Both the position numbers and the translations under genes were made by a program. Below, piece after piece: positions 25,031 to 38,449 of a DNA stretch of 64,000 nucleotides. Under the pieces are notes generated by a model. That model worked only from the letters and a program-made list of their open reading frames with translations. It made no database searches and was not told the origin of the DNA. The stretch comes from Octopus vulgaris (Eukaryota), in contig OX597815.1 of assembly GCA_951406725.2 (NCBI GenBank), forward strand, positions 164,858,001 through 164,922,000, given 5' to 3'. Positions within the stretch are counted from its first letter, which is position 1. Every line of letters begins with the position of its first letter.

Positions 25031-27208
25031 GTAAGTAACTAAATGAAGTTTACTACTAGCTTTATCTGAGTGATAATACATACATCAATGGGTTGAAAGA
25101 AGTAACAAATGAGTTACTTATTTTATTCCTTTTATCTTATTAACTTAGTATACTATTTGGGCAACGATATTCTGTTGCCCTAACAAAGTTGGTAACAATG
25201 TACTGTTGCCCTAACAAGGCTGGCTGAAGGGGACTTTTCAGGAATGGTTTGTTGATATTAGTTACCATATATACATACATTACACTCTACACACTACAAA
25301 TACAAGGATGTATGAAGCACATGTATGTTTTTGTATGGCTAAACGTCCATGTGTGCATGCACACACAACACACATACACAAAACAATCTTGTGTACAGTT
25401 TGGTGAATTGGAAGCTATTTTTTTTTATATTCTAGATACTCTATTATTAACTTTGTTGTGTAATTAGTGCAGGAAGGTGCAATCCCCAAGGACTGACACT
25501 ACATCATCAACTACTTGAAGAGTAAAAATGATGTATTAGAGACAAGCAGTTGTGGTCTCAAACTAATAAGCAAAGCTTTGAAAGTAGTTGAGAGAGTTAA
25601 AAGTTTGTTCAGGTTAGAGTTACTGTTTAGGTTTGTATCAGATCATGAAACCAAAAATTCCATATTTCAGTTGAGAGCCGCAGGAATCTCTTAATAATCA
25701 CAAAAAGTTGGCAATTGTAATCAGAAAAATAAAAAGCTACCAAGGGTGATGACAGTAAGAACAGATCAATTAGATATGTCAGGTAAACATTTCAGTGGCA
25801 ATGTCTCATTCACTATAGTCTACACAGCTACATCTATTACAGGGACAACAGAGACACAGCTATCCTTTAGATTTTTATGAGTTTTCTATGAAACATAAAA
25901 GCCTTTACTAGAGGCACTTGTAGCATATTGTACATAATAGCAACTTTCTCCACTATATTTATCCTAGCTGTTCCTAATGCTTTTAATCTAAATCCACAAC
26001 CCACTAGCCTAAATTGGAATGAGATATTACTGACAACAAATAAATTCTGAGTTTATAACCATTTGCTTATGCATTTTCTTGGTCACAATAACGCCAATCT
26101 AATTCAAAATCTTTTGACTGACTGCCTTATTTTCTGAAGTTTGTGCTGCAGATGTTAAAACAAATGGCATCAAATAAGTTCCTTAATTTTTCCAGTCATA
26201 ACCCTTCAGATATATATATATTATATTCGTTCAAGTGAATTAACATAACAATTAAAATTACTTTTGATAATGAAATTCTGATCATCAACTTTATCAGCAG
26301 CACTTACTTATATACTTGAAAACAAAAATGTCTCATTCACTCATCTGTTAATCTTATTGGTAAGGTGTATATATAAAGATTACAGTGGTTGTTACATTCT
26401 CAAACATAACTGTGTCACTGACATAAATTACAATAATCCTCTTAACAATAAACCCAAAACCACAGTTCCAAAATTAATACATATTCTAAATATGCCATTC
26501 ATCTGACTGTTTTGTTAGAGCCTACCAGCCTACAGAAGAAACCTGGCTAAAAGCTAATTTCCAGGTCAACAAATTCAAAGCAAGGTGGTTTATTCTGTAT
26601 TAATCTTTAACCCTTTTGTTACCATATTTCTTTTGAAACACACTGCTTTTGTTTCAGTTAATTTTCAAAATAATGAATAATTTAGTAAAATGACTTAGTC
26701 GTTTTAAAGATAGTGTTTGAGACACAAATTAACATGAATGTCTGAGAGAAAGTTTTAATTTAAATCCCTTTAAAACAAGAAATTTGTATTATAGAATTGG
26801 GGCAGTCTCAAGTAGGTTGGTATCAAAAGGGATAAGATAGTATTTTTTTTGTTTTAAATATTGGACTATTTAAGGCAGTGAGCTGGCAGAATCATTAGCA
26901 TGCCAGACAAAATGCTTAGTGGCATTTTGTCTGTCTTTACGTTCTGAGTTCAAATTCTACCTCAGTCAGCTTTGCCTTTTATCCATCAGATCTATAAAAT
27001 AAGTACCAGTTGAGCACTGGAGTTGATGTAATCAACTTACCCCCTCCCCTAAATTGCTAGCCTGGTACCAAAATTTGAAACCAATATGAAACCATTTAAT
27101 GTTATTCTTATTGTAGAAGTAAATTATTTTATAGTCACAATATATAATTTATAATACTACAAAAATTGTTCTTACAAAATGAATTCACTCAGTTCTTGTC
27201 CCAGTTAA

Positions 27209-27428
27209 CCCTTTCATTACCAACCCAGCTGAAACCAGCTCTGGCTCTGAGTACAAATGTCTTATTTTCATAAGTTTTGAATTAAAATCTTCCACCAAAC
27301 CTTAGTCACAATTTATGTTCCTAACACTAGCTGAATGATAACTAAGTTATTTTACAAAATTTTTTGTTATATTTAAAGTAATTGAAAGAAACACAGAGCA
27401 TCTCAAAACAAATACAGTAACGAAAGGG
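27209..27428. mobile_element. piggyBac-type MITE family B, inverted relative to 11211 and 26611
   Basis: TTAA flanks; near reverse complement of 11211-11433. Confidence 0.85.
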
Positions 27429-27508
27429 TTAACTAAGGGAACAAATTATTGAAATGTAATTCAGGTTTCTCATTCTCATTGATTTTTTTTATAACTTGTT
27501 TGTTTCAG

Positions 27509-27614
27509 ATATTTTGATGAATTAATGCTGAGGTTTTCTGATGAAGATGCATCTGAAATTCCTTTAATACAGAAGACTTTACAATCAGGAATGGAAGATG
27601 CTGTTTCTATACAA
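27509..27614 (+). CDS. ACC: ACC exon
   Basis: YFDELMLRFSDEDA...AVSIQ; tcag/gttagt. Confidence 0.85.
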
Positions 27615-27760
27615 GTTAGTAGTAATTTTAGTTATGCAATCCTTTTTTGATAGTAATATTTTGTTTTGCAATTCTATTTTAACTCATCATGTATGCCCGA
27701 TTATTTGGTTGTTGTGTGTTTTAAATGAACAGTAAAGGAATTTTCTTTTATACCATATAG

Positions 27761-27874
27761 AGTACATCTGACATTGACGAGCCTATTAATATTATCAATG
27801 TGTCTATCAAATATTCTGAGAAACTGGATGATGAAACTTTGGCTCGAACATTTCAAGAGTTCTGTAAGGAGAAG
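27761..27874 (+). CDS. ACC: ACC exon
   Basis: STSDIDEPINIINVSIK...FQEFCKEK; atag/gttggt. Confidence 0.88.
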
Positions 27875-28139
27875 GTTGGTGGTTCTTATTGTAATATGAA
27901 GTATTTTTCAGAAACTTTGCTATAAAACATCTAAGTTACAGCCTGAGAAATAAATCCTCCTATGCATGCCTTTCCTCCTGTGCATGCCTTTCCTCCCTTG
28001 GACACACAAAGACCTGTTAAGGCAAGCGAAGTCGATATCGAACCTCATCCGACGACAGGCACCTATGCCTACCCCCTTTGCTTGCGAAGACCTGTTGGGG
28101 CAAGTGAAATCGGAATCGAAATTGAACCAATCCTATGAC

Positions 28140-28561
28140 TGGCACCCGGCAGATGCCAAGACCCCTGGACTGGAGATACGTAAAAAGCACTATCCGAATC
28201 GTGGCTGATGCCAGCGCCGCCTCGACTGGCTTCCGTGTCGGTGGCACGTAAAAAGCACCATCCGAATCGTGGCCGAAGCCAGTGCTGCCTTGACTGGCTT
28301 CCGTGCAGGTGGCACGTAAAATGTACCAATCCGACCGTGGCCGATGCCAGCCTCGCCTAGCACCAGTGCAGGTGGCACGTAAAAAGCACCCACTACACTC
28401 ACGGAGTGGTTGGCGTTAGGAAGGGCATCCAGCTGTAGAAACATTGCCAGATAAGACCGGAGCCTGGTGCAGCCTTCTGGCTTCCCAGATCCCCGGTCGA
28501 ACCGTCCAACCCATGCTAGCATGGAGAACGGACGTTAAACGATGATGATGATGATGATGAT
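28140..28561 (+). mobile_element. RTE-tailed repeat with internal tandem units (others about 840-1220 -, 7880-8290, 10040-10388, 35603-35885, 54600-54950, 56890-57345, 59110-59355)
   Basis: 3' 190 bp nearly identical to LINE 3' UTR 51380-51578; (GAT)n tail; 60-65 bp repeated units. Confidence 0.85.
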
Positions 28562-29255
28562 GTAGTGTTGTGGTGTTTCTATGTTTTTTAAAGCATGGTT
28601 CATTTGGGAATTGAAATGTGGTTAATAATTTAGTCAGCAAAAATTTTGACCATTGCACTAAAGTACTTGACTCTTCAAATAACGAAGAATTTCTTTGAAT
28701 AGATACAAAACTAATATTTTCAGGTTCTATCAACCAAATCCTCTCACAAGGCTTTAATCGACCTGGGGCTATAGTAAAATACACTTGCTCAAAGCGCCAT
28801 GCAGTGGGACTAAACCTGGAACCATGTGGTCAGGAAGCAAACTTCTTAAAAAAACACAATCGCACCTGTACCTATACTGATGATGTTTAGTTTAGAATTA
28901 TATAATTTTACTTTGAAGGCACATGGCTTAGTGGTTAGGGTGTTGCACTCATGATTGCTAGACTATCGTTTCAATTTCTGGACTTTGTGGTTAGTTGTAT
29001 GCTTGAGCAAAGCATTTCATCTTATGCTGTTCTGACATTACGTCATCACCTGATGCGTGGTACACCATGCACCTGTTCAAGCAATGTTCGTTTATTTGAT
29101 GGAGGGAGTGAGCTAATATACAGCACAAACATTTGATCACCATAAACAAGTCATTCAGCATGAAATTGCAGAACTGTCTTTCTTGGACTGTGAGAGACTA
29201 CCATCTATATTATTTTATTATAGGAATTATTTTAACTCAGCTATGTGGATTGATG

Positions 29256-29555
29256 TGGAGGCACATAGCCTAGTGGTTAGAGCAGCAGACTCATAGGCAA
29301 GGGATCGTGGGTTCGAATCTCAGACCAGGCGATGTGTGTGTTTATGAGCGAAACACCTAAACTCCATGTGGTTCCAGCAGAAGGTAATGGTGAACCTCTG
29401 CTGGCTCTTTTGCCACAGCTTTCTCTCACTCTTTCCTCCTGCATCTTGCTGCTCACCTGCGACGCACCAGCGTCCTGTCCAGGTGGGGAACCTATATACC
29501 TAAGAAACTGGGAAACCGGCCCTTATGAGCCAGGTGTGGCTTGAGAAAGAACAAA
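29256..29555 (+). mobile_element. Further tRNA-derived SINE
   Basis: TAGCCTAGTGG A box, GGTTCGAATC B box, no tRNA acceptor stem, about 300 bp body. Confidence 0.6.
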
Positions 29556-29982
29556 CGTGAGGATGGATGGAATGAGGAAAGCTTTGGAGTGAGAGCGGCA
29601 AGAAAATTCATGAATGACAGGAAAGCTTGGAGAGTGTTTATTGATGGATGAGTGAATTTCATGTTGCTCAAAGGGGTACAGAACCAGCATGATGCAGCAG
29701 GGGTAAACCAGAATATGCTGTCAGGCTCAGCTGCTGATATTGGGGGTTCCATTCTATGCCTTGACCCAAGCATAGAACGAGGCTCGCCTCTTTCAGCTGG
29801 GAAATGAATGGAATGCCTGGTGTGTGTCTTGTGGTTACCCACTCCTAAAAAAATGGGGAATAGGCCTGGGTATATATTTTTAAAAAATGGTGTGTAAATA
29901 ATTAGTTTAATATACTAGCAGTTACATATATCTTTTTAAATGAACTAAAATTTATTTTTATACATTTCTTTTCTTATTTCAG

Positions 29983-30039
29983 GAGAAAATATTAAGCGAA
30001 AAGGGCATACGCAGAATCACTTTCTTGGTTTTGTTTAAG
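29983..30039 (+). CDS. ACC: ACC exon
   Basis: EKILSEKGIRRITFLVLFK; tcag/gtaaac. Confidence 0.9.
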
Positions 30040-30818
30040 GTAAACCAAAATACATTATCTCTCTTTAATTTATTAAATAAAATGAAATGTCCTGTTGTTA
30101 AATGTTGTCAGAATCTTTAGTTTTTATTAGAAGTGTATTTATTCGGCTTGGTTTTTGTCTATTAGATTAATGTTGCCTTCATTTTGAGTATGTAGCTTGA
30201 GCTTGCATTGACACACTGCAAGAGGGGTAGGGTTGAGGGTCTAGTAAAAGAGATAAATGCTGGGAACAAATCCTAGACCATGTGGTAGCAAAGTGAACTT
30301 CTTAACCATTCAACTTATCATGGAAATATAAGCTGTCCATTGATCTCTAGGCGAGCTAACTTACATATTATAAAATGCAATGCATGTCTCATCAGTCACT
30401 CGAGGGAAAAGGAGAGTAAAACAACAAATGGAGTCGGAGTGGGTGACAGTCAGAGACACTAATGACAGGCTAACAGCATTCAAAGGTTTTGCCCTGAAGA
30501 TGCTGGTTGTTTAGTCAAAATAAAACTGCAAATTTTTATCGGAAATTTGAATTTCATTTATCAGTTTCATAGGGACTCACACACATACATATATATGTAT
30601 ATACATACATGTGTGTGTGTGTGTGTGTATATATATGTATGTGTGTATACACATGCATGTGAACACGGACACACACACAAATACACATAAACACATTATG
30701 TGGAACATAACTTTCAACCATATCTAATTCTTCATAAATATTTGAATAAACTAAATAGGAAACCTTGGAAGAAATAGTTGAGATTTATAACGAGTTTATT
30801 TATGTTTTACAATTTCAG

Positions 30819-30860
30819 CGGGAATTTCCTCAATTTTTCACTTTCCGTGCCCGTTTTGGG
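30819..30860 (+). CDS. ACC: ACC exon
   Basis: REFPQFFTFRARFG; tcag/gtaagt. Confidence 0.9.
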
Positions 30861-32118
30861 GTAAGTTGTTCTATTTTCTCTTTTAATATTTACATAATGA
30901 AATTATCATTTGTGTTTATGATTACAACACAGTATTATTGTAAATTTTGTTGACTTCAGAAATTAGGATTGCTGTGGTCCTTTGATAGAATGCCTGTCAT
31001 ATCAACAGGAAATGTGGGTTCAAGTCTCAGTCTCACTGGCAGCCTTCAACCTTTCTGTCCACAGGGTTTTTAAACTTGATATATAGATGCTATTATTTAT
31101 AGCTTTATGAAGGAGGTGAGCTGGCAGAATTGTTAGCACACTGGACAAAATGCTTAATGGAATTTCGTTTGTCCTTACATTCTGAGTTCAAATTCCACTG
31201 AGGTCAACTTTGCCTTTCATCCTTTTGGGGTCAATGAAATTATGCACTGAAGTTATGCACTGAGATTGATGTAACTGACTTGCTCCCTTCCCCAAAATTT
31301 CAGGCCTTGTGCCTACAGTAGAATGGATTATTTATAGCTTTATCTGCTTCAAGATCCACTGTTCTAAAAAACAAAAATGAAGTAAATTATTTTAGAGGAG
31401 TAGTAGCACCACCTGTGACCTTTTTTGCAGGACCTCCAAATAATCTGTTGGTGGGAAAGAGAGGTAACAACCACAATACATAGGTTGCTATATTAGTAAA
31501 CAGCATATCCAGACACCAACTTATCCTCAGATTGAAAACTGGATCTGAATGCTTGCAACAAGCTATATTTTATCAAAAGCACTCAAGAGACAGGTGATGG
31601 TGTTAAACAGGACAACAGATTAAGTCTACACCAAGAGCAGATTAAAGACCAACTGATGGACTTTTGAACTGTTTCTGTCTACTCAGTTTCATTCATAAAA
31701 CTTGTCTCAACCTGAAGTCATGCAACATGATAAATCCATCTGACTGGAAAGCAAACTATTTAACTACACAGCCATACTCTTTTACTTGTTTTAGTCATTT
31801 GACTGTGGCCATGCTGAGACACCGCCTTTAGTCGAGCAAATCGACCCCAGGACTTATTCTTTGTAATCCTAGTACTTATTCTATCAGTCACTTTTGCCGA
31901 ACTGCTAAGTTACGGTAACGTAAACAGACCACCATCGGTTGTCAAGCAATGTTGGGGGGACAAACATGTACACACATATATATACATATTATACAACGGG
32001 CTTCTTTCAGTTTCCGTCTACCAAATCCACTCACAAGGCTTTATATTTGTTACTAGTAACTATAATAATAAATTTTGTCCTAATAGTAATGCATTTATTG
32101 CTTTGTGTCTTGCTTTAG

Positions 32119-32256
32119 TTTGAAGAGGATAAAATTTACCGCCATCTTGAACCTGCCCTGGCATTCCAATTGGAGATCAATCGATTGAGAAACTTTGATC
32201 TTGAAGCTATTCCCACTGCCAACCATAAGATGCATCTCTACTTGGGAAAAGCTAAG
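32119..32256 (+). CDS. ACC: ACC exon
   Basis: [28 protein letters not shown]...MHLYLGKAK; ttag/gtgagt. Confidence 0.95.
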
Positions 32257-32808
32257 GTGAGTTTAGTAAATTATACCTTTGCATCATATTTCCATCCTAG
32301 ATGTCACTGACCTATGTAGGTCAAGTTTACCTTGTATCAAAATTTATTTTGTTCTCAGTTTTACTTTTACAGCAACATAGCTTCATCTTTTACATTACTT
32401 TACTGAAATAAGAACCATAATACTTTTAAATCTACTAAAGAACTCCTGAACTACCAAATTGCAACTAATGTGTAACCTTTTTTTTAGGATAGCAATTCTC
32501 ATATTTGTGAAATCATAACTTTGCAATTCAAACTGTCTTTTATATTGGTCCAGACAATACAGTTGTGCTGTATAGTGAATCTGCAGTTCACTAGTACTCC
32601 AATATTATTATCATCTGCTATTGAATTAGAAATGATTTTGCAGAGTTAGGCAATAGTTTAATTAAGTTGTTCTTAAAATGACAGTGTTATATTTAAAATT
32701 TTCTTTTTGTTATTAGTTGCAGTCCTTTGTTCTATCAAGTTAACTTTTAACCTCCATTTTATCTTTTATTAGCTAAATACCACATCCTCTTTTTATTACT
32801 TTCTACAG

Positions 32809-32886
32809 GTTGCAAAAGGCCAAGAAGTCACTGACTATAGATTCTTTGTGCGTTCTATTATTCGTCACTCAGACTTGGTCACAAAG
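32809..32886 (+). CDS. ACC: ACC exon
   Basis: [26 protein letters not shown]; acag/gtttgt. Confidence 0.95.
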
Positions 32887-33738
32887 GTTTGTTTTATATA
32901 TTTTTTTAATCATTCACTAGATATAATTAATTCGCATTGAAATATTGGATATGCAATAAAAAAAAAAATCATTTGTTTTTATTCTTCATGACATTGTAAA
33001 GTCTTCAACAATACCATTTACAGAAGCTGTAATTAAATTTGAATTTAACTCATTATGAATAACATATCATGTACTTCATATAATAAGTCTTTAGCTAAGC
33101 TTTTTTATCATAAACTGCCTGCAGCTGTTGCTTTAGAAAGGCTAATTTTTTATATGTAACTTTTAGACTATTTCTGTATATAATTCTATATTTGTTTCTA
33201 TTTGTAACTATATTTTGCCAAGTATATCTCATTTTACTTTTTCTGGTTCTCAACCATTTTTTACCTGTGGACCCTTTTGATTCCTATTTTACTTAGGTGA
33301 ACCCTTGTAGTCAGTTGATGTTTAGAAAAATCCTATTATGTTTTTATAATTAAATATTTAGGAATTTTATAAAAAATTGTGAGAATATTTTGTGCATTGT
33401 AGATATGTAAGCAATTTTAACAGCAAATCCTTATGTGGACCCCCAAGGGTCATATGGACCCAGTTGAGAGCCACTGATTTAAACAAACATTTAGATCACT
33501 TCAAATATGTTTGTTCATTCACATCACTGTTTTCATGCACTCACTGTTATATTTTGTTTAACCAATGCCAATGCTGTGTGTGACCAGTTCATGTTTTGAT
33601 GCTGATTTACTATAAAGAAACAAATGCTTCCAGAGTCATTTAAGGTTGTCTCTCTTGTAGTTTACATGGTGCCGATCATTGCTTAGGAGCTAGAAATGCA
33701 ATCACTGTTCTGCTGAAGGAAGGCACCTTGAAATGATT

Positions 33739-34155
33739 ACTCTTTTACTTGTTTCAGTCATTTGACTGTGGCCATGCTGGAGCACCGCCTTTTAGTCGAG
33801 CAAATCGACCCCAGGACTTATTCTTTGTAAGCCTAGTACTTATTCTATCGGTCTCTTTTGCCGAACCGCTAAGTTACGGGGACATAAACACACCAGCATC
33901 GGTTGTCAAGCGATGTTGGGGTGACAAACACAGAGACACAAACATATACACACACACACGCACATACACATATATATATACACATATATACGACAGGCTT
34001 CTTTCACTTTCCATCTACCAAATCCACTCACAAGGCTTTGGTCAGCCCGAGGCTATAGTAGAAGACACTTGCCCAAGGTGCCGCGCAGTGGGACTGAACC
34101 TGGAACCATGTGGTTGGTAAGCAAGCTACTTACCACACAGCCACTCCTATGCCTA
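33739..34155 (-). mobile_element. CORE-like SINE, full copy
   Basis: Reverse complement of 44129-44533. Confidence 0.85.
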
Positions 34156-34677
34156 TGGCAGTGTTTTTCAACAACCTATTGCCTAAAGCAAGAAAGGCTT
34201 TCCACAGCTAATTTAACTGTGAATGAATCCTTTGTACAGGTCAAATATGTCTCAAACATATTTGAATGGATAACACTGTTTTCACTTGCTCTCTACAATA
34301 TCTTCAGTATTTCTTTTATTGCTTCCACTCATTTGATTGGAAGTGCCACTTTCTAATTGTTTATTACATCGATGCCAGCACTTATTTTTATCAACTTTGA
34401 AAATAACGGAAGACAAAATGGACTTGGTGGGAGGATTGAACTCAGAATGTAAAAGGAAATACCCAAATACCACAAGCTGTTTTTTTCTGATATGCTACCA
34501 ATTCTGTCATCTATACAACATATAGCCTTGGTGCAGTTAGGACCAAATAACATATCAATAACACTTCAATTCTTCTTTATATTTTCTTGTCCTGTTATAT
34601 TTTTTAAATATTGTTTTTATATATTTTTTAGCATCAAATAAAACTTTGGATTTTTTGTTTTAAATTTTTGTTCCTAG

Positions 34678-34767
34678 GAAGCATCTTTTGAATATCTACA
34701 AAATGAAGGGGAACGAACATTACTCGAAGCTATGGATGCTCTTGAAGTTGCTTTCTCACATCCATTT
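34678..34767 (+). CDS. ACC: ACC exon
   Basis: [30 protein letters not shown]; ctag/gtaaga. Confidence 0.95.
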
Positions 34768-35047
34768 GTAAGAATTGTTTGGTATTTGATTCAATTTTGC
34801 AATATATCACTCTAAGACAATATTTAATTAATTCTAGAAATTACTCATACACTTGGCATTAATTATACTTGTTGAAAAGGGCTTGTAATTTTAAAAAGTT
34901 TTCAAAATTTTCACTTTAGCCTTCAATTAATTGATGCCTAACTGTGAAATCATATAACAGCTCTCTCTCTCTCTCTCTTTCTTTCTCCCTATTTCTCCTT
35001 CTCTCACTCTTTCTTTCTCATTGTCCAAACTTGTACTTCTCTTTCAG

Positions 35048-35119
35048 TCTAAAAGAACTGACTGCAATCATATCTTTTTGAACTTTGTACCAACACTGAC
35101 TCTGTCTGAACCTGGCAAG
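35048..35119 (+). CDS. ACC: ACC exon
   Basis: SKRTDCNHIFLNFVPTLTLSEPGK; tcag/gtgaga. Confidence 0.94.
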
Positions 35120-36052
35120 GTGAGAAATTGTTAAATGACTCCTTGATTTTTACTTTTGTTTCCTCTTTTGAAAGACGTGAATTCTATCATTAACAGGGTA
35201 TATGCAAAAGTCTGCTTGTTTTTATGGTTATTTACCCCTAAGTCAGATCTATGATCTAATGCATTCCAACTGTGACTACCCCTTCTGTTTTTTTTTTTAT
35301 CTTTTTACTCCTCACTAAACATATTGTATCTAGGACTGTTCTAAGTATATAGTGTTTGAAAGTGTATGAATAAGTAGAACTTTAGTGATTATTTTGGTTA
35401 TATTTAGTTAGATTATATATACAGTGTATATGATTGTGCATGTTTGGTTACTACAATAATTATCATGGAGCTAGCAGCCTCTGTTTTTACTTGTGGGTTT
35501 ATAAGCCATATTGGTAATACTCAAAGCTTTTCTAACCATCTAATCATTTACCAAAATGTGTGTACTGTGGAGGAGTGTAAATATACATATATATATACAT
35601 ATAAAAGCACCATCCGTATGTGGTCGATGCCAGCGCCACCTTGACTGGCTTCCGTGCCGGTGGCACGTAAAATGCACCAACCGATTGTGGCCATTGCCAG
35701 CCTCCCCTGGCACATAAAAAGCACCCACTACACTCACGGAGTGGTTGGCGTTAGGAAGGGCATCCAGTTGTAGAAACACTGCCAGATCAGACTGGAGCCT
35801 GGTGCAGCCTCCTGGCTTCCCAGATCCCGGTCGAACTGTCCAATCCATGCTAGCATGGAAAACGGACATTAAACGATGATGATGATGTGTGTGTGCGCAC
35901 GTGTATGTGTATACATGCACACACAGATATGTGTATATCTGTGCATGTGTTTTTGCATGTGCATATTTGTGTGTGTGCCAGTAGTCCAGCCCATGCCAGC
36001 AGGGAACATGGACATTAAATGATAATAATGATGATACATATATATATTGTAG

Positions 36053-36144
36053 CTGGAAGATACAGTACGGAATATTGTAATGCGTTATGGTAGCAGACTG
36101 TGGAAACTACGTGTGATGCATTCAGAACTGAAGTTTATGATTCG
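36053..36144 (+). CDS. ACC: ACC exon
   Basis: [21 protein letters not shown]...; gtag/gtgagt. Confidence 0.93.
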
Positions 36145-36288
36145 GTGAGTAAATCTCCCTTAGACTTTCTTTTTTATTAGTGAATGAAAAATATTCTTTT
36201 CTACTCTTGGCACAAAGCCCAAAATTTTTGGGAAGGATGCCAGTCGACTAGATTGACCCCAGTATGCAACTGGTACTTAATTTATTGA

Positions 36289-36642
36289 TCTATATTTAAG
36301 AGATAAGGAATTATATATATCATTTACATTTGACGGATAGTTGTCCTCATCTTTGTTGTTAACACAACGTTTGGGCTGATATACCCTCCAGCCTTCATCA
36401 GGTGTCTTGGGGAAATTTCGAACCTGGGTTCTCATTCCTAAGGTATTTTTTCGATGTTATTATAATGATAATTATTATTATTATTCAAGTCACTGCCTGG
36501 AATTGAACTTGGAATCTTGGGGTTAGTAGTCCACGCTCTTAACCACTACACCATATGTCCGTGGGCATATATCAGCCGAAATGCTGTGTTAACAACAAAC
36601 AAGATAAGAACAAATATCCGTCAAATGTAAATAATGTTAATG
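36289..36642 (-). mobile_element. Same hammerhead-bearing element with inverted 5' fragment, nested in a SINE
   Basis: 12-bp TSD TTAATTTATTGA (36277-36288, 36643-36654). Confidence 0.85.
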
Positions 36643-37034
36643 TTAATTTATTGACCCCAAAAGAGTGAAAGGCAAAGTCGACCTCAGTAGAATTTGAATT
36701 CAGAACGTAAAAACAGATGAAATACTGCTAAGCATTTCACCCGACATGCTAAATTTTCTGCCAGCTTGCAGCGTTGTTGTGAATGAAAAATATTAACATT
36801 GCGCTGTAGCTGCTCTTAATTAAAGAGTTCTTTAAATAAGTCCATGAAATAATGAGAAATCTATGTCAAAGAGAACTTAATAAAGGGATTTAGTCTTGAA
36901 ACCAAGGAATAAGAGTTACTGAATAATACATATTCTGTATTGAAATACAGTGAACACAATCAAGCTACTTATGCGTTTGAAGTTACTCTTCACATGTTAC
37001 TTGTTTTATACTTTTTCTCTTTTAAAATTTAGAC

Positions 37035-37353
37035 TAGTGATTCTCAATGTGGGGCATGCGCCCCATGGTGGTTGGTGTCTAGGAAAATTGTGATGGGGCA
37101 CAAGATCCCAAATATTTTTTTTCTCTTTTTTTAGTGGGACATGGAATTGTGAAAATCTTTTTTTTTTTTAGTCAGTAATGTACTTTTTTTTATACTCTGT
37201 ACTTAAAAAAAGAGTTACTGGTAGATTCTTTTGTATTAAATAGTTGTGATAAAATATTAAAAATAAAGTTGTTTTTTTTCTACCACCATGGGGCAAACAT
37301 TTTTATGGAAAGTTATTGTGGAGCCTGGGGGAAACATGGGTTGGGAAACACTG
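37035..37353. mobile_element. hAT-type MITE
   Basis: TAGTGATTCTCAA...TTGGGAAACACTG ends; perfect 8-bp TSD ATTTAGAC. Confidence 0.85.
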
Positions 37354-37450
37354 ATTTAGACTGTTATCTCATAAAAAAAAAAGACAGTTTTAATTTTAGA
37401 AAACCATAACGTAAAGAAATGTTATAATATTTTTCTCTTTTGAATTCCAG

Positions 37451-37562
37451 ACTACATTCCAATGGTTCAAGCTTCCCGATTCGACTAAATGTGACCAATG
37501 AGAGTGGATATTATTTAGATATATCTCTTTACCGAGAGGTTACAGATGCAAAAACAGGTTTG
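37451..37562 (+). CDS. ACC: ACC exon
   Basis: [29 protein letters not shown]; ccag/gtaggt. Confidence 0.93.
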
Positions 37563-38449
37563 GTAGGTATTACTAATTTAATCTGTGTTAATTCACTATG
37601 CATTAGCTAAACAAAATATGTTACTGAAATGCATTACTTGCCTGTACACTTTGTATGTTTTCTGGCTTTGGGAAATGTTTCTTTGCTTAAGGTTGCAAAA
37701 CATCTGCACAGTTATTCTTAACTAACCAGTTTTACTGGAAGCATCCAAATTAGTCTTGTGGAACCCACTTCACAGTGACGTGAGAAGGGGAAAACATTGT
37801 CACACTTACATCGACAACTTGATTGCAGACACTGGCCTGGAATGTATCCAGGACATCAAGCCAATGATGGTGGACTGAGAAGTGTAGCAAGTAGACTTTG
37901 TTGCTGTGGCCCAGGTTGGAACCCGGTCATAATAATAACAATAATGTGGAAAGCTGTGTGATGTGTTTAATCTTTTAGTATTCACACTGGCTATATCCAG
38001 CTCAAATATTCTATCTCTTTTATGTCCAAAGTGTCAGAACCTGGCTTCTTACATCTATCCTATAATGTCATTCTAAAAATATACAATCGCATCAATGCAA
38101 TATCAGAGTTACAAGATAATGCATGTTTGATTCAAAACAATGCGAATAAATGAGCATTGCATGCTGTTCGTAATGATAACCATTGTCTGCTGGCAGTATT
38201 AAAAACAGACTGAAATGGTTGATGGATTTTGGTCAGAAGCTGAACATAATATATACAGCAGAATAATATATAAGTTCAGTACTGTTCTTTTGAAATACAT
38301 CATATAATTTGGACTTCTGAAACCATGTGCAAAGTAGTTTGATACATTAGGTTGTCACAATAAACAACTTATAATACAGTTTTGTCTGCTGCTTTCTTAA
38401 TTGTACCCATCAATAGCTGATTAACAACAATAATCAGAGACATAGAGAA

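Noticed and set aside
25460-25680. Very old RTE RT remnant
   Set aside because: Recognisable only in patches; boundaries not supportable.
30488-30525. CTGAAGA-containing hammerhead-like relic
   Set aside because: Helix II and GAAA box too degraded to call.
35653-35678. Resemblance of the pseudoknot unit to pistol ribozyme P1 plus AAA linker
   Set aside because: P2/P3 and the catalytic core are not evident.
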